From NCBI GenBank assembly GCA_009843865.1, contig VYCQ01000024.1, positions 2,638-66,637 on the forward strand: 64,000 bases of DNA, read 5' to 3'. Under the pieces are notes generated by a model. That model worked only from the letters and a program-made list of their open reading frames with translations, ran no database searches and was not told the DNA's origin. The position numbers were made by a program, and so were the translations under genes. The stretch's first letter is position 1. Every line of letters begins with the position of its first letter. Shown in pieces: positions 37,562-45,987 of this stretch. The stretch is from Acidimicrobiia bacterium. Lineage in GTDB: Bacteria > Actinomycetota > Acidimicrobiia > Acidimicrobiales > Bin134.

Positions 37562-38698
37562 ATGAACAAACGCGTTGGCATAGTGGGTGCCGGATGGACC
37601 GGGGCTGTAGCAGGACGACTGCTCAGCGAAGCTGGATTTTGTGTTGAGGTTTTCGAAAAAACTCAAGCGGTGGGTGGGCACTCTCGGAACGAGATCTTAA
37701 ATGGTGTGGTTTACGAACCCAACGGAGCCCACATCTTCCACACCTCTAATGAAGCTGTCAACCGTTTTGTAAATGCTCACGGCCTCAACCGCGCCTACGA
37801 ACACAAAGTGCTCACCGAGGTTTATCTCTCACCCGACGATGACGACAGCGAAGCACTGTTGCTATCTTGGCCTCCTCAGGTAGACGAACTCCGCGAACTC
37901 CCCATATGGCGAAACGTGAAAAAAGAGTTAGCCAACCTGCCAGCGCAGCCCCGCGACGATAACTTTGAGGATTACGTTGTGTCGATGATGGGACGAACCT
38001 TGTACGACCTGTTCATCAAGGACTACACAGCCAAACAATGGGGATGCCCTGCCAACCAACTCTCAGCCCGCTTCGCACCCAAACGAGTGGAACTACGCCG
38101 AGACGGACAAAAAGGTCTGTTTCGTGACCGCTGGCAATACTTTCCTCCGAACGGCATAAACGAGGTGATTGAATCGGTGCTGTCCTCTGTAGCGGTCACG
38201 CTGAACGCAAAGATCACACTACGAGATGCCGACCACCTAAACAGTAACTTTGATGCCCTGATCATCACCGCTGCACTAGATGACTTTGCTGGCTGCTCAG
38301 GTGATCTGGAGTGGCGCGGCATCGAAATGGTGTCGCAGTTCTACCCTACCGAGCGCTTAGATGGTGTGCGGACGGCAGCATACGTGGTGAACAAACCCTC
38401 AGCACGAGTGCCATATACCCGCACGGTAGAAACTAAACACGCCACCGGCCAGCAAATCACAGGCACGGTGGTGAGCGAAGAAATGCCCGGGGCACCGCAC
38501 CGTCACTATCCGGTGCTAACCACAGATGGAGCAAACGAGCGCCGCAACGCGGAACTAGCCACACAGATCTCCGCGCGCTTCTCCAACCCGGTGTACTTCG
38601 CAGGGCGCCTAGCCACCTACCGCTACATCAACCAAGACGAAGCCATCGCCGATGCCATTGCTGTGGCCCAACGCGTGATCGCAGACACAAAACCTTAA
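37562..38698 (+). CDS. glf: UDP-galactopyranose mutase
   Basis: FAD motif GIVGAGWTGA, plus GGHSRN...GAHIFHT, DYTAKQWG, and a C-terminal TYRYINQDEAI. Confidence 0.85.
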   Translation: MNKRVGIVGAGWTGAVAGRLLSEAGFCVEVFEKTQAVGGHSRNEILNGVVYEPNGAHIFHTSNEAVNRFVNAHGLNRAYEHKVLTEVYLSPDDDDSEALLLSWPPQVDELRELPIWRNVKKELANLPAQPRDDNFEDYVVSMMGRTLYDLFIKDYTAKQWGCPANQLSARFAPKRVELRRDGQKGLFRDRWQYFPPNGINEVIESVLSSVAVTLNAKITLRDADHLNSNFDALIITAALDDFAGCSGDLEWRGIEMVSQFYPTERLDGVRTAAYVVNKPSARVPYTRTVETKHATGQQITGTVVSEEMPGAPHRHYPVLTTDGANERRNAELATQISARFSNPVYFAGRLATYRYINQDEAIADAIAVAQRVIADTKP

Positions 38699-38715
38699 AG
38701 CTCCGACAGTTCGGT

Positions 38716-39606
38716 TTGCCCTATCGTGGCGCAGGTGTGAGCATCTTGAGCATGGCGGAGGAATTAAAATGGTTCATAGAACAACCCTCACAACACAACC
38801 CTGTCATGGTAGTGGCGTTGGAAGGGGTTTTTGACGCTGCTGAAGCAGCCACAAAAGCAGTGCAGATGATGGCAGATGGTGCTAATAGCGTAGAGTTGTT
38901 GGCCCGAATTGACCCTGAGGAGTTCTTTAACTTCCAAGATCACCGTCCCGAAATCCACATCAACAAACATGGTAAACGGGTCATAACTTGGCCTTGTACT
39001 GAGGTGACTGCCGTTGAGCGCTATGGAGCCAAGCATCCCTTGGTGATCGTGAACGGGGTAGAACCGCACCTCAGATGGCGCAGCTACGCCCAATACTTGG
39101 TAGAAGTGGCCAGCCAATGTCAAGCGGGCTTGGTGGTAACGCTTGGAGCGTTGGTAGGCATGGCCCCACACACCCGTGCCCTAGGAGTAGTGGGCAGCTC
39201 TACTAACGCTGAACTAGCTCATATGTTTGGTTTAGGCCGCCCCACCTATGAAGGGCCCACCGGACTCATAGGAGCACTGCATGATGCTCTGGAACAAGTC
39301 CAAATCCCGGTTATCTCACTACGAGTATCGGTACCTCATTACGTACCGGGTCCGCCAAACCCTGAAGCTACCCGCTCATTGCTGAAACGCTTTGAGCTCA
39401 TCACCGGCATAATCACCGACCATGCCGAGCTAGACGAAGCGGCGGCATCCTGGCGCAAGCGCGTCGATGCTGCTGTGGCCGATGACGACGACCTCAGCGA
39501 ATATGTGAAGCACCTAGAACGCCAGATTGATGAAGCTGAAGATGTGCTGCCCAGCGGAGACGATATCGCAGCCCAATTTGAAGCCTTCTTACGAGATCCC
39601 TGGTAA
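38716..39606 (+). CDS. PAC2 (proteasome assembly chaperone-like) family protein
   Basis: Its length and VVALEG.FDAAEAAT..., LGALVGMAPHTR and VSVPHYV segments resemble actinobacterial PAC2 proteins. The start is uncertain: TTG 38716, GTG 38737 or ATG 38752. Confidence 0.65.
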   Translation: MPYRGAGVSILSMAEELKWFIEQPSQHNPVMVVALEGVFDAAEAATKAVQMMADGANSVELLARIDPEEFFNFQDHRPEIHINKHGKRVITWPCTEVTAVERYGAKHPLVIVNGVEPHLRWRSYAQYLVEVASQCQAGLVVTLGALVGMAPHTRALGVVGSSTNAELAHMFGLGRPTYEGPTGLIGALHDALEQVQIPVISLRVSVPHYVPGPPNPEATRSLLKRFELITGIITDHAELDEAAASWRKRVDAAVADDDDLSEYVKHLERQIDEAEDVLPSGDDIAAQFEAFLRDPW

Positions 39607-39667
39607 TACCCCACATGCCAAAGCGCCACTACAGCCATACAGGTATCGCGATAAGCCCAGAAACAAA

Positions 39668-40042
39668 CTACCGTAAACGACGATCTAAGCGATCACGGAA
39701 AGCTCGGGCACCCACCACAACTGCCCCATATTGACACACCCGACTAGCTAAATCCTTATCTGATGTGACCACAGTGGCCGATAACGGGTCGGCCATGGCA
39801 GCTACTACTTGAGCGATGTAGTCATCAGCAGCGTTGGGACCACGGCGAACAGAGTAACGCAGCGTCACCGAGCCATATTCGCCTGCGAGCAAACCTTGTA
39901 CCGGAACACCATCGGCCACCACCAAAGCAGCCACACCAGCATCTTCGATATCACCAACTAGACGAACAAGTGCCTTATCTCTATCGGCCCACCACCCATC
40001 GGGACGACACCCAATCACGTTCATTGCGTCTATCACCAACAC
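39668..40042 (-). CDS. NYN/PIN-like domain protein (YacP-like predicted RNase)
   Basis: LVIDAMNVIG...W start, ADDYI and VVTSDKDLASRV...GA..VGA..F segments, as in YacP/Rae1-type NYN domains. Confidence 0.6.
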   Translation of the reverse strand: MLVIDAMNVIGCRPDGWWADRDKALVRLVGDIEDAGVAALVVADGVPVQGLLAGEYGSVTLRYSVRRGPNAADDYIAQVVAAMADPLSATVVTSDKDLASRVCQYGAVVVGARAFRDRLDRRLR

Positions 40043-40064
40043 CGCTTAGCCCCACATGCCCTAC

Positions 40065-40955
40065 TTAACCCCATATAAAGGGCGGCCATCGTTGTCTAGC
40101 CACAGCAGCAGCACCGATGATGCCGCCATCGGCACCCAAAGGGCTGGGGATAATTTGAGTACCCTGAGAATGAATCAGATGGCAAATACGGTCTATTTCA
40201 GCTTGAGCAGCAGCAAAAAAATCATCCCCAAAACCAAGCGCCACCGATCCCCCCACAACCGCTAAGCGCAAATCCAACAAGTTAGCCACCGATCCAACTC
40301 CACGCCCTACCAAGGTACCCACCCTTTGACGCATCTGCAAGGGCGCATCAGCTACAGCAACCCCCTTTAGCAGGTCGGCCAAAGCTGAACCGGAGGCTTG
40401 ACCCTCCAGCAAGCCCACAACTCCTGCGGCATCGGCACGTCCCTCTTCACTAACGAACACATGACCAATATGTCCAGCATTGCCATCAGCACCATCTAGC
40501 AGGCATCCGTTTAACACAATCCCACCGCCGATACCAGTAGACACCACCATGGCCAAGTAGTTATCTTGCCCAACAGCCGCGCCCACCCACCCCTCAGCAA
40601 GAGCTAAGGCTTTGGCATCATTATCCACATGCACCTCTACCTGCAAAGCCTGACTAAGCCGCTCTCTAAAAGGAAAGTCTCGCCAAACAGCGATGTTAAG
40701 GGGAGACAACAACCGATGATTGTCACGCGATGGCCCCCCAGAACCTACACCACAAACCGACACAGGCTTTCTATGGATTCGCAACATCTCTTGAGCCAAC
40801 CCCAGCACACGCTCAAACAGATCCTCTGCTGTACACGCGTTGCTTAAAATCTGACCACGACACAACACTTTGCCAGCGGGATCAACTACGCCAGCAGCCA
40901 CCTTGGTTCCGCCGATGTCAATAGCCAACACGGGCACGCCCAATTTTATCTCCAC
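40065..40955 (-). CDS. ROK family sugar kinase (glucokinase-like)
   Basis: LAIDIGGTKVAAGVV ATP-binding motif and ROK signature region (STGIGGGIVLNG...GNAGHIGH). Confidence 0.85.
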   Translation of the reverse strand: MEIKLGVPVLAIDIGGTKVAAGVVDPAGKVLCRGQILSNACTAEDLFERVLGLAQEMLRIHRKPVSVCGVGSGGPSRDNHRLLSPLNIAVWRDFPFRERLSQALQVEVHVDNDAKALALAEGWVGAAVGQDNYLAMVVSTGIGGGIVLNGCLLDGADGNAGHIGHVFVSEEGRADAAGVVGLLEGQASGSALADLLKGVAVADAPLQMRQRVGTLVGRGVGSVANLLDLRLAVVGGSVALGFGDDFFAAAQAEIDRICHLIHSQGTQIIPSPLGADGGIIGAAAVARQRWPPFIWG

Positions 40956-41031
40956 TGATTTCTCTCCACAGGACTATCGCCACACCACTGGTATCCGCCA
41001 ACTGCTCGATAAATAGCGCTACTTTTAGCCC

Positions 41032-41436
41032 ATGCTACAGATCTATTGCGCTCGAACCCTTTGCAGTAATGTGGCATCTTCGGTGCTGTTCATAAACGCT
41101 AGAGCGCTAACCGCTCAGCTCGTAGATTTAGATGCCGCTTCTATCGTGGGGGGGGTGCCACTTTGTACGGTACATGGCAACGCTGTGGTCGTACCACAAG
41201 GCTGGGAGCTGCGGGACATGCGCACCCCTGCATACGAGGCTGATTTTAAAACACAATCAACAGCCGACATTAAACCCGAACCAGCAAAGGAACCCGAACC
41301 AGCAACCAAACTTGTGCGCATCCCCATTTTGAATTCAGAAACTGAAGATTTTTTAGAAGATACTCCAACAGATGTTTCCGCCAACAATACCACTCCAATG
41401 CTCAGCCGAGCCTTGCGAGCAGCCGGTTTCGACTGA
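41032..41436 (+). CDS. DUF3499 family protein (actinobacterial, Cys/His-containing)
   Basis: C..LC near the N-terminus, LCTVHGNAVVVPQGWELRD, and a C-terminal TPMLSRALRAAG segment match my recollection of DUF3499 architecture. Confidence 0.55.
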   Translation: MLQIYCARTLCSNVASSVLFINARALTAQLVDLDAASIVGGVPLCTVHGNAVVVPQGWELRDMRTPAYEADFKTQSTADIKPEPAKEPEPATKLVRIPILNSETEDFLEDTPTDVSANNTTPMLSRALRAAGFD

Positions 41437-41516
41437 ACTGCGGTTATCGGACATTCGATTGAATCTGAGGCTACGGCTATAGCTGAAACACTATAGCTGT
41501 TAGCCTACCAATCCAT

Positions 41517-42104
41517 ATGTCATTCGAACTTCCCCCTCTTCCATACAACCACAGCGCACTAGAGCCCTATATCAGTGCCAACACCTTAAACTTTCACTAC
41601 GACCGCCACCATGCCGGATATGTCAACAACCTAAATCGCCTCGCTACTGACACCGAGTGGGAAAATGCCGAGTTGGTGCAGGTAATAACCAGCGCGAATG
41701 GGCCGATATTCAATAATGCTGCGCAGATCTGGAACCACACCTTCTACTGGGGTTCCATGAGTCCCGGCGGCGGCGGAGCGCCTAGCGGTAGCATCGCAAG
41801 TGCCATTGAGAATTCGTTTGGCTCCTACGACGAATTCCGCAACCAGTTCGCAGCTGCCGCCACAAGCCTGTTCGGCTCGGGCTGGACATGGCTGGTTGCT
41901 AACGAAAACGACGGTTTAGAAATCATGTCAACTACCAACGCAGACCTTCCATTGCTACACAGCCGCAAACCGCTGCTGGTTACCGATGTGTGGGAGCATG
42001 CCTACTACCTGGACTACCAAAATGCCCGCCCTGCCTATGTGGAAGCGTTCTTAGACCACCTCATCAACTGGGAGTTTGCGACCCAAAACCTGGCTAGCAG
42101 CTAA
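41517..42104 (+). CDS. sodB: superoxide dismutase (Fe-type of the Fe/Mn family)
   Basis: LPYNHSALEPYIS, FNNAAQIWNHTFYW (Fe-type Gln position), and DVWEHAYYLDYQN. Confidence 0.92.
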   Translation: MSFELPPLPYNHSALEPYISANTLNFHYDRHHAGYVNNLNRLATDTEWENAELVQVITSANGPIFNNAAQIWNHTFYWGSMSPGGGGAPSGSIASAIENSFGSYDEFRNQFAAAATSLFGSGWTWLVANENDGLEIMSTTNADLPLLHSRKPLLVTDVWEHAYYLDYQNARPAYVEAFLDHLINWEFATQNLASS

Positions 42105-42370
42105 ATCTCCGACAATCATCGATTAAGCCCCACCGCCACTGATACCCCCGTCAGGCAGCGCATCTTGCTCATAGCCGCAGCAATTACTGTCCCTGTGATA
42201 GTGCCTAGCTCAACTACAGCGTTTGCTCAACCCGACCCCAACACCACCGCAACCTCAAAAGTATCGCCAAACTGCTCAACAAGCTCAGCGCCAGCTCGTT
42301 CGGCTAGCTTAAAGTGGCTGACAGACCCAAAAAGGCTGTGAGGTTCACAAGAACTAGGGGGAATGACCAC

Positions 42371-43387
42371 TCAAAATCTAATGCTATTGGGTCTAATGCT
42401 ATTTAAGTTTGCTAGCAAGTGCGTTAATGCAGCAGACGGTCGGGCCCCGAACTGACTAATCACTGCGGTGGCTGCCAACGAACCCAACCAACCACATTGA
42501 GCCAAATCCATCTGACGCGTGTAGCCGTACAAGAATCCCGCAGCATACAGATCACCCGCTCCCGTGGTATCCACTACCTGAGTCAGCGGTGCGGGAGGTA
42601 CTTCGATGACCTCATCAGGGGTGACCAGCACTGAACCTTGAGCCCCCCGAGTTAGCGCCGCCACCTTACAGCGTCCCTGAACAGCGGCCACGGCTGCATC
42701 AAAGTCGTCACCAGTGCCGTACAGCTTGCAGATCTCTTGCTCGTTACCAAACAGCAAATCAATGTGCCTATCTACCAACTCCAACCATTCAACGTGATGT
42801 CGCTCCACACAAAAACTGTCAGACAAGGTAAACGAAATCGCACCCCCCGCAGACGAACAAATCGAGATTGCCTTGCGGATGGCCTCCTTGGCTATCTCCA
42901 CATCCCAAATGTAACCTTCGCAATACAGCACCTTCGCTGCACCTACTAGATCGGGATCAATATCATCAGGATGCAACTCAGTGCTGATACCTAAATAGGT
43001 ATTCATGGTGCGTACCGCGTCAGGAGTAACCACTATCAAACAGCGAGCCGTGGGAGGCCCTACGGATGCCCGAAGCACCTCAAAACGCACTCCTAGAGCA
43101 CGAATGTCGTGAGCGAACACCTCACCAAGCTGATCGTCACGCACCTTACCGATATAACCCACATCGCCGCCGAACGCAGCCGCCCCTGCCATGGTGTTAG
43201 CAGCCGAACCTCCCGATATCTCAATGGTTGCAGACATAGCACCGTAAAGATCCTGCGCACGATTGTGGTCGATCAGGGTCATGGCCCCCTTGAGCAGGTT
43301 ATGCGTAGCAATAAAATCGTGATCTTCGATGCTGATCACGTCTACGATGGCGTTGCCAATACCCACCATATCCAAGCTGCTCACCAC
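42371..43387 (-). CDS. adenosine kinase-like PfkB family kinase
   Basis: GIGNAIVDVIS, GGSAANT and DTTGAGDLYAAGFLYG resemble the actinobacterial adenosine kinase subgroup. Confidence 0.75.
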   Translation of the reverse strand: MVSSLDMVGIGNAIVDVISIEDHDFIATHNLLKGAMTLIDHNRAQDLYGAMSATIEISGGSAANTMAGAAAFGGDVGYIGKVRDDQLGEVFAHDIRALGVRFEVLRASVGPPTARCLIVVTPDAVRTMNTYLGISTELHPDDIDPDLVGAAKVLYCEGYIWDVEIAKEAIRKAISICSSAGGAISFTLSDSFCVERHHVEWLELVDRHIDLLFGNEQEICKLYGTGDDFDAAVAAVQGRCKVAALTRGAQGSVLVTPDEVIEVPPAPLTQVVDTTGAGDLYAAGFLYGYTRQMDLAQCGWLGSLAATAVISQFGARPSAALTHLLANLNSIRPNSIRF

Positions 43388-43509
43388 TAACCCTCAAACC
43401 TTGCTATACATCACTTACCACTAGCGGTGTTCACCAAGCCAAACTAGCAACAGGTAAATGCTCTAGGGTTTTGGTGATTAGATTCATATATAGCTGCATA
43501 TACAATTCC

Positions 43510-43548
43510 CGCTGTTTTAATCGTAACCCTGAAGTAGATTAAACAGCG
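43510..43548. promoter_or_regulatory. imperfect inverted repeat CGCTGTTTTAATC-N14-GATTAAACAGCG abutting the LysR start codon
   Basis: Read directly from the sequence. The arms are 12-13 nt with one extra T in the left arm. The right arm ends on the first base of the GTG start. It is a candidate autoregulatory operator or an RBS-occluding hairpin. Confidence 0.4.
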
Positions 43549-44453
43549 TGGACATCCGCCAACTTGATGCCCTGTTGGCGATCGCTGAGCACAAAACCTT
43601 TTCTAAGGCAGCCCGATCGCTGCACACAGTGCAATCCAACGTATCCAAACATGTAGCTCGCCTAGAACAAGAGTTGGGTACACGACTAGTAGATCGAGAC
43701 GCTGCCACCCTGACCGAAGAAGGAGAGGCAGTGGTAGCCCGTGCCCGACGCATCCGCGCTGAAACAGATGCCATACCTTTAGACATGGCCGCCATGCGCA
43801 ATGACATTTCAGGTGTCACCCGCTTGGGCACCATCGACTCCACCGCCCGCTGGCTAATCCCCAAACTGCTGCCAGCCCTAGAAGCTCAATACCCCAACGT
43901 GCGCCTTGAAGTATTAACCGCTACCACAACCAGCTTGCTACCCCAAGTAGTCAGAGGCCACTTACACACAGCAGTAGTGAACCTACCCATCGGCGATCCC
44001 GATATTTGCAGCAAAGAGCTTTTTGCCGAAGACCGCCTGCTCATCGCCCCACCTGACCATCCGCTAGCCACAAAATCTGCCGTCACGCCCACAGAACTGA
44101 GCTGCTACGATTTATTGCTACCCCCAGCAGGTACAACTTTTCGAGACGAGATTGACTCCGAACTCAAAAATCAAGGCGTAATGCTAACTACCCGAGTAGA
44201 GATTGACGGGATGCGCATGATCGCCACGTTGGTGCAAACCGGGTTTGGGGCCGCCATCTTGCCAGCCACCGCTGCCCCCGATAGCAATGGCCCTTGTCGA
44301 CGCATTCCCATCACAGGTTTGTTGCAACGCTCGGTGGGGATGATCTTCAGCCGTAGAATTGCGCCTTCAGCCGTTACCCGCGCGGTGCATGAAGTGATCA
44401 CCGAAGTAGTCACCACTCACGGCTACGAACAGCCCGGAGTGTACCCAAGTTGA
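43548..44453 (+). CDS. LysR family transcriptional regulator
   Basis: N-terminal wHTH MDIRQLDALLAIAEHKTFSKAARSLHTVQSNVSKHVARLEQELG, plus a LysR substrate-binding domain. Confidence 0.9.
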   Translation: MDIRQLDALLAIAEHKTFSKAARSLHTVQSNVSKHVARLEQELGTRLVDRDAATLTEEGEAVVARARRIRAETDAIPLDMAAMRNDISGVTRLGTIDSTARWLIPKLLPALEAQYPNVRLEVLTATTTSLLPQVVRGHLHTAVVNLPIGDPDICSKELFAEDRLLIAPPDHPLATKSAVTPTELSCYDLLLPPAGTTFRDEIDSELKNQGVMLTTRVEIDGMRMIATLVQTGFGAAILPATAAPDSNGPCRRIPITGLLQRSVGMIFSRRIAPSAVTRAVHEVITEVVTTHGYEQPGVYPS

Positions 44454-45805
44454 TGACCGATAACCGGGTGCTGCTGCGCGCAGGCGCACTAGGCACGGCT
44501 CGAGCCTGGCTGGACTGCTATGACGGACGCAACTGCGTGGTTTTCAACATAGAAGACAACGAAATCAACCGCGGTGCCATCGGCCCCGCCGATAGTGAAA
44601 CCCTAGAACACGCAGCCCACGAAGCCATGTCTCGTCGCATCCCCCTAGTAGGATACATCGCCTCATCTGGAGCCGACGTAGATGCCGGTATCGCAGCCAC
44701 CGTCGGTTGGGGGCGACTAGCCAAAGCCGTAGTGCAATGCTCAGGTCAGGTGCCCACCATCTTTTGTGCTACCGGCCCAGCTGTGTCTGGCCCTGCGCTG
44801 CTGCTGGGCCTAGCCGACATCGTTATCACCACCCAGCAGAGCTACGCCTTCGTAACAGGGCCCCGCATGGTGACACAGTTCACCGGAGAAGTCATCAGCA
44901 ACGAAACCCTCGGCGGTGCTGTTCAGCTTGCGCGGCGCAGCGGGGTGTCCACCTTCATGGTAGAAGATAAAAAAGCTGCCACCGATCTAGTGAGCACGCT
45001 GTTGAACTTGCTACCTGCACACACCGACGAACTCCCACCACGTTGCTACATGACCGACCCTACAAACCGTCTCACCCCAGAACTGACAGACCTACTACCA
45101 AGCTCGCCGTCGGGCAGCTACGACGTGCGTGACGTGGTACGAGCTGTGGTCGATCAAGGCGACCTGTTGGAGTACAAAGCCGACTGGGCCACAAACCTCA
45201 TTTGTGCATTCGCAACCGTGGCAGGACGACCTGTAGGGATTGTAGCCAACCAACCACAGAGCATGGCTGGCACCTTGGACATTTCATGTAGCCAAAAAGG
45301 GGCTCGTTTCGTATCGTTCTGCAATGCCTTTAACCTGCCATTGGTAACCTTTGTGGACACCTCGGGCTTTCAACCGGGCAAAGATTTAGAGTGGCGAGGC
45401 ATCATCCGCCACGGTGCTCAGCTTGCCTTCGCCTATGCCCGCGCATCGGTAGGACGAGTAAACGTCACCTTACGCAAATCCTATGGAGGGGCCTATATCG
45501 TCATGGACTCTCGACGCATGGGTAACGATATCGCCTTGGCTTGGCCTAGCGCTGAAATAGCTGTCATGGGTGCACAGGGGGCAGTCCAAATACTACATCG
45601 TGAAGCCAGTATCGAAGAACGCCACAAACTCGAAGCCAACTACGAAGAACACTATCTGAACCCATACAAAGCCGCCGAAAGGGGTTCGGTGGACGCGGTC
45701 ATTGACCCAGCCCACACGAGAATTGAGGTGGCTGCCGCACTAGAGATGTTGGAATCCAAACGCGAAGTCCTACCTCATCGACACCACGACAACACGCCTT
45801 TATAA
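44450..45805 (+). CDS. acyl-CoA carboxylase carboxyltransferase (beta) domain protein
   Basis: Carboxyl_trans family segments are present: GGAVQLA, ANQPQSMAGTLD, RKSYGGAYIVM. At 451 aa it is shorter than my recollection of typical PccB/AccD5 lengths. Confidence 0.85.
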   Translation: MMTDNRVLLRAGALGTARAWLDCYDGRNCVVFNIEDNEINRGAIGPADSETLEHAAHEAMSRRIPLVGYIASSGADVDAGIAATVGWGRLAKAVVQCSGQVPTIFCATGPAVSGPALLLGLADIVITTQQSYAFVTGPRMVTQFTGEVISNETLGGAVQLARRSGVSTFMVEDKKAATDLVSTLLNLLPAHTDELPPRCYMTDPTNRLTPELTDLLPSSPSGSYDVRDVVRAVVDQGDLLEYKADWATNLICAFATVAGRPVGIVANQPQSMAGTLDISCSQKGARFVSFCNAFNLPLVTFVDTSGFQPGKDLEWRGIIRHGAQLAFAYARASVGRVNVTLRKSYGGAYIVMDSRRMGNDIALAWPSAEIAVMGAQGAVQILHREASIEERHKLEANYEEHYLNPYKAAERGSVDAVIDPAHTRIEVAAALEMLESKREVLPHRHHDNTPL

Positions 45806-45881
45806 AGCACTTACAACTTCTACACACGATGGTTGGGTTCTACACATAATGACATGGACTCCTCTAAGGCACTCTTACGGC

Positions 45882-45930
45882 AGTGACCGCAGCCTGCTGT
45901 AAGCTTCGCTAACAGCAGGCTGCGGTCACT
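45882..45930 (+). terminator. perfect 19-bp stem / 11-nt loop hairpin between the carboxyltransferase gene and gltA
   Basis: AGTGACCGCAGCCTGCTGT (45882-45900) pairs perfectly with ACAGCAGGCTGCGGTCACT (45912-45930). There is no U-tract, so at best it is an I-shaped terminator or an RNA stabiliser. Confidence 0.45.
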
Positions 45931-45987
45931 CAAAGCCAAATATCAAAACAACCCAGATGTCAAGAACCCAGTCATAAGGAGCCGTGA

